DNA of 64,000 nt from positions 186,001 through 250,000 of the forward strand of contig DF236967.1 in NCBI GenBank assembly GCA_000708835.1, given 5' to 3'. Under the pieces are notes generated by a model. The model worked only from the letters and a program-made list of their open reading frames with translations, did no database searches and was not told the origin of the DNA. This document shows positions 24,201-34,688 of this stretch, piece by piece; the stretch's first letter is position 1; each line of letters begins with the position of its first letter. A program made the position numbers and the translations under genes. Source of the DNA: Klebsormidium nitens (lineage: Eukaryota > Plantae > Klebsormidiophyceae).

Positions 24201-24652
24201 GTGGGCTTCAAGCGGATGCAGGCGGAGGAAGCGCGCAGGTAAGCCGCCTTTCAAAGGATGTACTAGATGTGAAAATGGACTGTATGGTCCCGTTGGTTAT
24301 CTGCCTGAGTACACCTTCCAAAGTCTCAAGCATAGGTTCCAACATTGTTCATGGGTTTGACAGGGGACTTTGTCGAATGCCCACGATGGATGAGTTGCTG
24401 AGTGGGTCATGTCGCATAAGGCCATGTAGGGCCTGAAAGGCCTACACCGTCCCTTTTCCTCTTACCAGATGACCAGACTAGTTTGGGCCCAATGAGCAAA
24501 CGAGGTGCTCATTCGTTGTCCTCTCTTGCAGTGCACGCATCGCTCGCGAGGAGGACGAGCGGGAGGCAGAGAGGCTTGAACTTGAAGAAAGACGAAGAGA
24601 GGAGAAGAGGAGAAAGAAAACAGCTTCAAAAGGGAAGTTTGTTGACGATTGA
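21224..24652 (+). CDS. SPT2: SPT2 chromatin protein / histone chaperone (exons 21224-21244, 21568-21704, 21911-22031, 22345-22473, 22774-23741, 24149-24238, 24532-24652)
   Basis: C-terminal SPT2 domain DSFLDEGEEEDEE...VSSMIRKMFR|YNPHKY...DDRDDPMMEVGFKRMQAEEARSARIAREEDERE; plant-type WGGFFGS and RD(Y/F)SxL motifs; phase-compatible introns. The first micro-exon (MFYDNRV|gtaagt) is inferred. Confidence 0.88.
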
Positions 24653-25516
24653 CGAGGCCAGTGTTCCACCCTGACCGTTTAACAACGTTATGTAGATATG
24701 CAAGTGAGAAGTAACGGTATGTGACCCTCTTGCGTGCTTCTCGGGATGAAGAAGCTGAGTGATCGAAGTTCTCCCTACGCTGTTCTGCCTTATCCGAAAC
24801 GCGAGCTCCAAGGAATGTCTTTGAAACATGGACGCGTTGCACGTCTTTTGATACTGCATGGCATTGATTGGACCCATGTCTTCCAAGGATCATTCCGCTT
24901 TATGCAACCCACCATAACATTTAGGCAAGCTTGGAGCCCCGCTTTGCTTGCAATCCTCATGCAGCCTGCATTTCTTGTTCGTTGCTCATGAAGGCAGCCC
25001 AAACTAAGGCCCACTACAGTTGCCCAAATCCTATGAAGCTCAATATAAGTATCAATTCCATTGATAAGGTAAGGCGTGGGCTTGCGTCGGACATTCGAAG
25101 CAACGTGAATGCCCAGGTGTAACGCCCAGGTAACCAAGTCACGTGCCGAAGTATGCATGCCGGGCGGCCGCCAGCGGCGTGGCTCATCTATCATCATCAT
25201 ATTTCCAGCCGCGCCGCCAAGCGCGGCCGGCCTAGTTGGCCCATGCGGCCGCGGGCCTCTCGCCGGAGCCTAGATTGCAAAAACTGGACCGTCATCGGAC
25301 GGTTTGAGGCACTGGTTGTTCGTTCATCGCACGTCATCGACGATCCAAAGTTCTTGTGCAACTCTCACGAATCTGGCGGGAGTCCCAGCTGGAGAACCAG
25401 AATCCCACCTCAGCAAAGATCTCTGCATGCCACATGGCACGCTTGCAGGCTTCAGAGGAAGAGAGGGGGATAGTAAGAGAGGGGGATAGGTAGTAGCAAT
25501 CCTGCTTTGGCGTTTG

Positions 25517-25558
25517 CTGCTTGAACTTGAAGTTGCAGTCTGCTTGAACTTGAAGTTG
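25517..25558. repeat. 19-bp direct repeat CTGCTTGAACTTGAAGTTG x2 within a TTGAA(C/G)-rich tract upstream of the DnaJ gene
   Basis: Copies at 25517-25535 and 25540-25558, followed by further TTGAAG hexamers. Confidence 0.85.
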
Positions 25559-25790
25559 AAGTTGGAAGCGCTCAAGCGCTGAGTTGTCAAACTTCGCTTG
25601 AAGTTGCAGGAGCCTGCATTTGTGCTCAAGAAAGTCTGCCCAGCTGAGTTGATGCGCAGGTTGTACAGGGCGTTTTGTGCAGAGCAAGTCAAGTTTGGTG
25701 AACATCGTGGATTGTCTAGACTACATTAGTTTTCTCCATCCCTGGGTTTCTCACGGTGAACATATCTCTCCGCCTTCTCAGAGCGCTGCG

Positions 25791-27684
25791 ATGCAAAGCA
25801 CTCTTCAGAGTTCCAGTGCTTATTTGCACAGCCTTCCGTCAAGGGGCCTGACTATCCGCCCTGCAATCAGTGAGGCGCAATGTGGACCTGCAATCATGCC
25901 CGGATGCACGAGCTCTTCCCTTCGCAATCCCCAAGCCCACTTCTCGACACCTAGATACTCCGATAGAACTTTGGCCAATGTTTTGGAGCCAGAGTTTATG
26001 AGTTGCAGGCATACTTGGGTGGGCAGGAAAGCGAGCAGTTTGCCTGTAAAGCGCGTTGGCCGGAGGGCCTTGCCGGGAGCTCGGGCGTCAGCGGCCGGGG
26101 CTGCGTTGCCTGCTGCGGATGAGAAGTGGGCCCTCTACGAGGCCCTGGGAATCGCAAGGGACGTGGGCCTGGGGGAGGTGAAGTCAGCCTACCGGCAGCT
26201 GGCCCGGAGGTACCATCCTGACGTCTGCCCGGCAGAGGAGAAGACGGCATGCGTTATCAAGTTTATCGAGGTGGGCTTGAGCTCCTCAATCTGCATTGCA
26301 GGGCCCGCATGAGTTGTACACTTCTTTCCTTTTATAAAGGCGAAGAGTGGAGAGTGCATTATATCCTCAAGTGATTTCGATAATTGAATGATTGGTCACT
26401 CTTCAATTGGTCCTAGTGGTGTCATTCATACGTGGTTTTCGTTAAGCAGGTTGATTGTGTACTCCTTGCTTTGCAATGAGGCCGTCAATCACCACTGCGA
26501 TTCGCAGTTGATGGAAAGAACTTTGTGGTTGATTGTTCTTGCGTTGTGGCCAAAACTGCCTGGCCTCAACAAGCATGCATGGGGCGATAAATCAGTCTGA
26601 TCAGCAATTTGGGTTTCTTAGGGCTTTTTGTTAGATTACTTGCCAGCCTCTGGTTTTGCAAGAAGTCTGCCTCTGACAGGATCATTCTGCAGTTGATTGA
26701 AGTTTTTGATCGAACTGGTTGCTTGATGGTCTATTTTGAAGGAAGTAAGCAAGCAAGTCTGTACGAGGCACTCTGGCAAAACTACTGGTGTTTTTGGCTG
26801 AGGCCTCATTCACAAAGTGGTCCATCATTGCCAGCTCCTTGGCTTTGTACGTTAAAGGCGTCTGCCTTCTAAATCTGCTAGCAATCCTAGGGTTCAAAGT
26901 CAAGTCTTCTCGCATCTTCTTTTCTTCATGTGCGACCATTTGGATTATCCACCCATAACCGATTGGTCCTAGCTGTTGTCTATAGCCCGAACTCACCTCC
27001 TTGCAGATCCAAAATGCGTACGAGGTATTGTTGGACCCTGCTCAGCGAGCGATGTACGACTACGAGCAGACGCACTACACCAAGGCCCGGAGAAATGCAA
27101 GCGGAATCGGCCGGCCCTGGGAGAAGAAGCGGCGGCCCTGGGAAAACTTTGGTGTGCACGACTGGCAGTCTGGAGCCGAGAAGGTGAGCGCTGGGCTTTT
27201 GTTTCTTGTGGTTATTGAACAGTGGGTCCCTCAGGCAATCATTGGTTGAGGAAAATATCCTCCTTCACTTGAAGATGCGATCCAGTGCCAGATTGGGTGA
27301 TTTTTGGAAATTTTGCAGCGGAATGTGGGGCAACTGGTTATTGTGGATCACGACAAAGGACGGGAAGAAAAAGTAGACGGCAGTAGAAACGAAGGCCACC
27401 TCCAATGCTTTCCCAACCAGATCATGGGACTTTTGGTCGGAGTCTTGGTCCACCACAGTACCTCATCTGAACGGCGGACTCAATTGTCGTTTCAGGAGGA
27501 GACACTACGGGATTGGCGCTCGGGGTGGAATGATCAACTTTCAGGTTTGAAGCAAAGAGCGGCCGCAAAGGCAGCCAAGGCGCAATGGGAGAGGCAGGAG
27601 CAGCATGTTTCGATGAGCGATCCCCCGAGGGAGCGCTCTTTCCATGACACCGAGCAACCTGCGTACTCGGAGTTCGCCTCCTGA
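25791..27684 (+). CDS. plastid small J-domain co-chaperone, J20/J11-like (exons 25791-26270, 27007-27183, 27496-27684)
   Basis: Ser-rich transit-like N-terminus; J domain LYEALG...EVKSAYRQLARRYHPDVCP...KFIE|IQNAYEVLLDPAQRAMYD with an intact HPD; C-terminal WRSGWNDQLSGLKQR as in plastid J20-type proteins. Confidence 0.9.
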
Positions 27685-29099
27685 CCAGAAACGCTTTCCT
27701 TCTTGTCCTATGCCACGTTAGGTGGCTGCTTGTGCAAACGCTAGTTGTATCTTTGTAGGGCCCGCAAAGTGTTGATTGTACAGTAAGTGTCGAGAAGCGT
27801 CTTCGCACTTACCAGTTTTAGAGCGTGTGACCGTTTGTAAAAAGTTGGTTTCAGTGTCAAAAACTAAAAAGACTTGTACAGACCTGACTAGCTTAGTATG
27901 CACAGAACTTCGACAGGACCTCAGCACAGAGGTCGAAAGAGTTGTAATTTCACGGTACTAACGCATGCAAAGCTGCCATCAAGCTCGTTGTTTAGTACGT
28001 CATCTCAATGAGGCGCCAGGTTTATGCGTCAGAACCATTTCAATGTCGTGGCAATCCCACCTGCGCAAAGAATCTAGACTCGCACTTAGGCTGATGGATG
28101 CTATGGTGAGCTCATGAACCCACTCCATGCGTCCCATGCAACCGTACCCACCACGTTGATGTTGATGTCGCAGAAACAAGTCGACATGCCAGCCCCGCAT
28201 GGAACAACATGTCGATTCGTCAGCATATGCTATGCATGCTGGTATATCGTACGGATGATATATGTAGTTGACCCGCGCTATATGAATAATCGGTTTACGC
28301 GCTCGAAATTCGTAGCTCTATGTATAGAAGTCATGCAAGCTCAGAGCTGCGTGCGGGTTGTTGCAAGTACGCGATGCAACTTACTGCAAAAGTATCCTCG
28401 TACGCTTATAATCTAGAATCTAGAAATGGGCGGTTCTTAATTGGACTTGCCGGCAACGCGGCAGCCTGCTATAAGCTTATAGTTCTCTGACATTTTGCCC
28501 AAAGCTATGCTCTTATGCTCTCATGCAACCGGCTGCATGCATCGATCGTTGCATGGCCAAACCGGCAGAACTGGATCCACCACTGCGCATGGGTAACATT
28601 GAAAGGCCGGCACTCTAATGTGTGAGTCAGCCGGGGCTCAGCTCGATCATGAGGTTGCATGGCCATGGCATGCGTCCAAAACATGTTCATGCTGCATATA
28701 TGGCTTACAAAAATTCATGTTATACGTTCAATTCTGTCACTTCACATGCACTGAGCATGCTTTGATGCTGCGCCCATGTGCAATACTTCATGAAAGCTTG
28801 ATTCGCAGCCAGAACTGGCCTATGCAGGTAAGCGAATTCACTGGTGAGGCCAACACGTGCTGGGCACTAGGCTCATGTGTCAATTGCCGTGTGGCCCCTT
28901 CCAACGAACTTAAGTAAGTTGGTTTCGTCAGAATGTAGTCAATAAAGAATGAGGAACATCTATCAATTTGACGTTCTGAGTCTTTTTTAAGAAGCTAGTT
29001 ACATCACCCATCCAGATCAATTAATCCTCAACGCGTGCTTAAGTGATACAATTTGGGCTTGCCAGGTCCGCTTTGATTCTTATGTTAAAACACCCTTTC

Positions 29100-32000
29100 C
29101 TAAAACTTGAAGACTTGTTCTTTCTTAAAACCGAGATCCTGGAGCAGTCCCTCAACCTGTGACAGAGAGCCGAATTGCTATTAAAGCAAGCAAGGTCTCG
29201 GATCGACTACACTCATGCCAGGTTCAAGCAACTCGGATAACAATCTGACCAGTGTCTGCAAGACTGAGAGCTCATCTCTCAGAACCAATCGTGCACAATC
29301 AGAAGGAAGAAGAACGAACTGAAAACGATCCTAAGGACGTATGATGGTTGCATTGGCTCTAGAATCGTCGCCCCCAGTGACCTAACAAAAATGTCCTGCA
29401 AAAGGGGAACAAGATTGCGAAGCCTGTTGCAAACTCTCACCTCCCCTTGATCTTTTGGGCTCTTCTTGTCGCCCGAAATGTGCTTCATAAATCCGGGGGG
29501 CCCGCACACCTGTAGAGGGGGGTCGGAATAAGAATAGGAACGATCAGCCCCAATCAGAGGTACAAATGTGCAAATGAAACTTCCGGCGACTTACTGTAAG
29601 AGCTGCACCGGGAAGACGGTAAAGCGAAAGATACAGAAAGCTGCAGGAGCACCTAATATTTGCGCTTTCTCACCATGATTAGACTGTCGTCCGACGGTCC
29701 CGGCAAGTACTTCTGAACCTGCTCTTTCGAGACGAAGCCGACGCCGCCCTCCCACGAGGCCTTGTGCTTCGGCTTTCCCACCACGTAAAAGACCTGTGGC
29801 GGAAAGCAGGCGCTGGCTGTTTGCCAAAAAGTTTCCGAATTGCACAAAGTTCATAACAATCTCGGGAGACACAACGTCTGCATTTTTCGGACCAGTGTTT
29901 CCCCTGGTGGCCCACTCCCTGCTAAAATGGCCATCAATGCTCCAAACGGGCCGCCAAAAGGGGGGTGGGGGTGGCCCAACGGGCCACCATATGGAGGGCC
30001 AAGGTGGCCCGGTGGACCATTAATCAATGCACAGAAGTGGCCTATCTGAGAAGTCAAAGGTCTTATAAGCTGGAAAAGCTTGGCGGTTTTGTGTTGATTG
30101 ACCGTTAAAAGCCCGTTTCAGGCACTCTATTGAAACGAAAAGCCTTCAACCGCACTGTTTCGCCCCCGCAGCCCACCAAACTCTAGCCCGGCGTCCAGAA
30201 CAAGCGGAGTACAGCGCTACGACGAAGGTAACAATATATGCGCTCTATCAATTTTGCATACTCTAGTCGTTGATCGTCTAAGCCAGCACTCAAAAATCTT
30301 GGGTATTAGGTGCAGTTGGGCCACCAATGGCCGTGGTCGGGTTGCCCGTTGGGCCACCGATTTTAGGACTCGGGTAATCCTCCGGCCGTCAATTTGAAAA
30401 GTTAGGGGAAGTCCGGATCGGTATTGTCTGATGAGCTTGCATTCAACCCTTTTTTGAGTGCTGTCGAGCTCAAGGCAGCAACGTAACAGGGGCCGCAGAC
30501 GCTCGGACACCCACCTTAAAGTTGGGGTGCTCCTTCGCATATTGGTCCAGTTGGTCTTTTAGCAGGATGTCCTCCTCTGTGTTGTTGGCGTATATCAAGG
30601 AGATCTGCAAGATAGCGCAACCTCGTCTGACCTGGTCGTCTTTCGAAGCTCAAAGCTGCAAAACGAAGACTTCTTCCGACAGGAGGGAGCGATCCTTCGT
30701 CAATCAGGGCACACAACGAATATAACAAAGACGTTTTAGACCAAAAAAGAAAATCCAGCGGTGTCAAACGTTCCTCATCGAAGCACGATGAAAGCTTTCG
30801 TCGTCGATGACTTGAGTCATCCCATAGGACCAGCAATCGCAAACATCTGTCTCTGGATTTGCCAATTAGAACCCTCTCTCTGCAACTTTTGGCCAGATTC
30901 TGATGTATCCCCTATCATAGAAATCAGCGGGCCGAGTTACCTGCGTTTTGTCATTCGGGTTCTTGAGGATCTGCTGGATGACCTGAAGCATGGGCGTGAT
31001 CCCCGTGCCGCCAGCTACCTGCACCGGTGAACATCCGGTTCTCAATCAGCGGGCTCAACATATACCACTCGTCTGCCAAGCAGGTAAGAATTGTCTACTG
31101 CTTCCGAAGGCCTGTGGACGATAGTCTGGATTGGCAGTGGCGTTGATCGCGCGCACGTCAAGGATCACCAGCTTCTTTTAGTTTGGCAAGTCACGTGACC
31201 TCTCATACTGGCATTCTTCGGCATTTTCGCAACAAGAACGGCACTAAGGGGCACTTCAACGAAGAAAATGCAAGCGGAACTCTCCAACAAGTCACTGGAC
31301 ACTGCACACGGAAAGGCCGTGACTTGAAAGACAGAATGCACTTGGCCCATTGATTCCACGGATCGGCTCTTCGATCTTCTCTAATTCCGACACAATAAGA
31401 AACGATGACGAGACGTAATGAGCTGGTTGTACGGTCAAAACAGAGACTGAGCCTCGGGCTCAAAAGGGCAAGCTGCGCAAAGAATGGCTCGAACATAGAG
31501 ATGATCGAGTCTGTCTGGACAAGGGCTTTAAAGGAGCAATCACGATTGGATTGAGGTGGCTCACCAAGCCAATCGACTTCTTCATGTTCTCCTTGATGGG
31601 GAGCTTAGGGATAGGCCCCTTGATTTCGAGAGAGTCCCCGGGCTTCAGACTGTCGATGTGGCGGCTCATGTTGCCCGTGGGATACACCTGCCAGAGGGTA
31701 CAGAGGAGACCGCGAAGGGATCGCAATCAGGTCGAAAAAACTCTGCCGCAACAGGAGAAGCTGAAATAGCCGTCCTTTGCTTCTTTCAGGAAGATGAAAG
31801 TTGTACAAACTGGTTCCCTTTTTGACGAAGACAAGCCCTTCGATTTTAAGAAAGAACAGCAAGACGACTGATTTAGTTTGGCATCTGGTCAAACCTGCAC
31901 AGACTGTCTGACTTGGGAATCGTAGAGTCTGCCAGTCTGCAAGAGTTGTCGGGTGCCAGCCGTGAGGACAAAGACGTGTAAACTCTCGGGGGATGTTTAC

Positions 32001-34075
32001 CTTGACGACCAGGTCGAAGTAGCCCTTGACGTCCGGATCTGACACTGGTGTGTACCTGGATGACAGTGGATATCCATCTTCATTCCAGGGAACAAGACTA
32101 CCAAGTATTATCAGAGACATGTGATACTTTAATGGCTCTCTCGTCAGCACTTGGTTTAGCGAGGAATTCAGAAGAAGAGAAGATGCAGACGCTGGAAACA
32201 CACCACTCGATACTTCTTTCAAGTCACACATCAGAGGATCTGGAGGGGATGACTTACGGTCGAATGACGGTCTTCTCCTTCCCATCTTCTCCCTTGAGCT
32301 GAGCCCTGCAGAAGGCCAGTACAGCTCAAGCTAAAGCAGCTCGAGAAGAGTACTACCCAGTCTCTTTTAACCAAACTTCATACAAGAAATCCCACAAAGT
32401 TGACGCCGATCTTCAAACCAGTCAACATGACCAGACATTTGCAAAGATTGCCGTGCAGACCAAGACAGCGTCCGGAACCACCTTGCATTACCTTGATATC
32501 AGGCATGAAGCGATGGATAGCCCAATTTTCGTGTCTTCGGGGAGCTCGAACCTGCAGGGACGGGTGCAAACTCCTCAAGAAAGTGACCACAACTCACAGA
32601 GGATCCAAGTGACAAGAAGTGCAGCGAAGTAGATACACGATTTGTCCCAAAGGGTATTTTGCGGAAGCAAGAAGTCTGTTGATGGCCGAGCTCTGACGCC
32701 TACCCCAATACGCCATCCTTGGACTAGCCAAGGGGTTGATTAGTCAACAACAACGTCACAACAAACTGAAAGAAAAGATCAATCAACAAGATCTGCTAAT
32801 ACTTCTGCACCAAGTGATAACCAGCGAATGGTAGCCTACATTGACCATCAAACAAGCAATCGTACAGACTGTACAAGAGCTCTTAGAAACCATCCGTATG
32901 ATCGAGATGGGTTTGATCTAGCATCCGAAGGGGCGAGTATGGTAATCTGTACCTACAGCCACGCTCACCTGTACAGCTTGGTGTCAGGACTGATCTGCCG
33001 CCGCTCCTTCAGCTTGAAAGATTGAAAGTCCTTGCCATTGAGGGCTGCAAATCACTGCCACACATCACTCCCAAAACCGACTCACAGACATTTTTGTCTT
33101 TACAACCACTGAGAGATTGTGAAAGCATGACAAACCTCTGACGGAAGCATATGCAATTCAGAGCTGGATAGGAAACTGAGTGTGGCTAAAGACTAGCAAC
33201 AAGCCTTCAGAGTATAAGGGAGGCAACTGACATCGTGGGCAGGAGAAAAAGTACGTACCAACTTTCTCTGCTGCATCCTCACCAACCGGTTTCTCACAGG
33301 CTGCGGTGCTTGTGAGCTGCACAGGGAGGGTCGCCAGTCACTTGCAAATCAATGAGAAGTCGCAAAGCAGGCTGGTGAAGGGCCATCTCTGTTTGTATTC
33401 AGTCACAGATCCTAGAAGGATTGCAGCAATGACAGTATTGCAATGTCCTGGTGACTCAGCCTTGAGATCTGCATTGTAAGTCTGGTGGTGTGAGACCACG
33501 TCTTCCTGTACACCAATATGCTCTTGGGCTAGGGGGTATCATTGCTACTCCTTTTCAAGTGTACAAAAGCTCGCCCTTTCTTGGGGCCCCAAAGAAAACT
33601 TTAGGCGGCATCCTTGTCCTGCTCTATTGAAGACTTGCTGGCTTATAACCACCATGAAAGCGCTGCCTTTGCTATAGTGCTTTCATGGTTGTTATTGGCA
33701 TGCATGCAAAGGGGTAAATTCTCAATCAAAGGGTCAGAATACAATCAGAATCTACTGAAGAATGTCCCCTGCCCCATTCAGGACTCTTCTAGCACACTTC
33801 ATCATGGATCATGAAGAGGCTTCCAAAGGCAAGGTACGAGCCAAACTCACTTGCACAGTGGATGAGATTGCGGCAGCCCCGGCAGCCAATGCTCCAATGG
33901 TGGCAAACCTTGTGCCCCAGGATCCTCCCTGATCAGCAGCTCCCGCCGCAGCATTGGATGCACGCTCGCTTGGATCCGGCCTGCCAAACTGAGTAGCTGC
34001 CGCGGTTGAAGCCAACCGCAGCTGCTGGACATGAAGCTGGCGGGCAGCACCGCGCAGGAGAGGAAGGCGAAGCAT
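29100..34075 (-). CDS. CBR2: NADH-cytochrome b5 reductase, mitochondrial CBR2/MCR1 type (about 12 exons)
   Basis: Presequence-like start MLRLPLLRGAARQLHVQQLRLAST; FAD-binding VIRP|YTPVSDPDVKGYFDLVVK|VYPTGNMSRHIDSLKPGD; NADH-binding VAGGTGITPMLQV, ISLIYANNTEEDILLK, VCGPPGFMKHISG; C-terminal LGFKKEQVFKF* (TAG at 29102-29100). Confidence 0.94.
29893..30360. mobile_element. putative non-autonomous hAT-like / foldback DNA transposon remnant inside a CBR2 intron
   Basis: Starts CAGTGTTTCCC, a hAT-type TIR start. GGTGGCCC occurs forward at 29906, 29970 and 30003 and inverted at 29981, 30318 and 30351. A 15-bp perfect inverted pair links 29970-29984 and 30344-30358. Flanks TTTCGGAC (29885-29892) and TTTAGGAC (30362-30369) match at 7 of 8. 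The outer right TIR is not found. Confidence 0.4.
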
Positions 34076-34307
34076 TTTGCCTGGCCTGGTCGATAACTAA
34101 GCAGCTCTGATCGACACCACTCTGAAGCAACGCCCTGAAAGAACAAGCTAGAGCAGCTGCATCAGCTAGCTACATTAATGTTATACATAGCTGGCCGGGT
34201 GCATTGCTGCCATTGCAATGCTGGCAGGGTGACGTCAAGTGTGCGCACTGCCGAACTTGCAGAGGCCGAGCTGTGGGGTGGAAGAACCTTTGAAGTGCAA
34301 GCTCTAG

Positions 34308-34316
34308 AAACCCTAA
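34308..34316 (+). promoter_or_regulatory. telo-box (AAACCCTAA) in the CBR2 / BRCC36 divergent promoter
   Basis: Exact motif between the ATGs at 34075 (-) and 34689 (+). Confidence 0.45.
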
Positions 34317-34688
34317 AAGCTGCCAAAGCCTGTTCAAAAGCTTCCTAAATTTCATGGGCGCCCACTGCTTGCTATCTACTAGTCTTCCATTTGTTCACCA
34401 TCATGGCGGAGCTTCAAGAGAGCTGATTCTTACAATGTCTACTGTCATTTGAGCACTGACGCTCTGAAAGGGAAGTTTGCTGAATGGGACGGCGTCTTCC
34501 CTATCAATGCTGGCGGGGGCATAATTTATCGGAGCAGCTATCAACAGTCTTGTTTCATTCTTCTCTCACTAATTGCGCACAGCAAACGGGCTGTACAACA
34601 GGCGGACGAGCCACCAGACAGTGCAGAGTCAGCGTTAAGGAGGGTGACAGTTTAGAGCCAAGCCCGATTTCACCCTTGATTTGAAACC

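Noticed and set aside
25517-25620. Heat-shock element upstream of the DnaJ gene
   Set aside because: The GAA units are direct repeats at 6-nt spacing, not alternating nGAAn/nTTCn at 5-nt spacing.
27700-29090. Possible small genes or transposon in the CATG/TGCA-rich spacers (also 17000-17900, 38010-38850, 43000-44000, 50000-50400)
   Set aside because: The ORFs are short and unconserved. I could see no shared sequence between spacers and no TIRs or LTRs. They are probably UTRs or terminators of the flanking genes.
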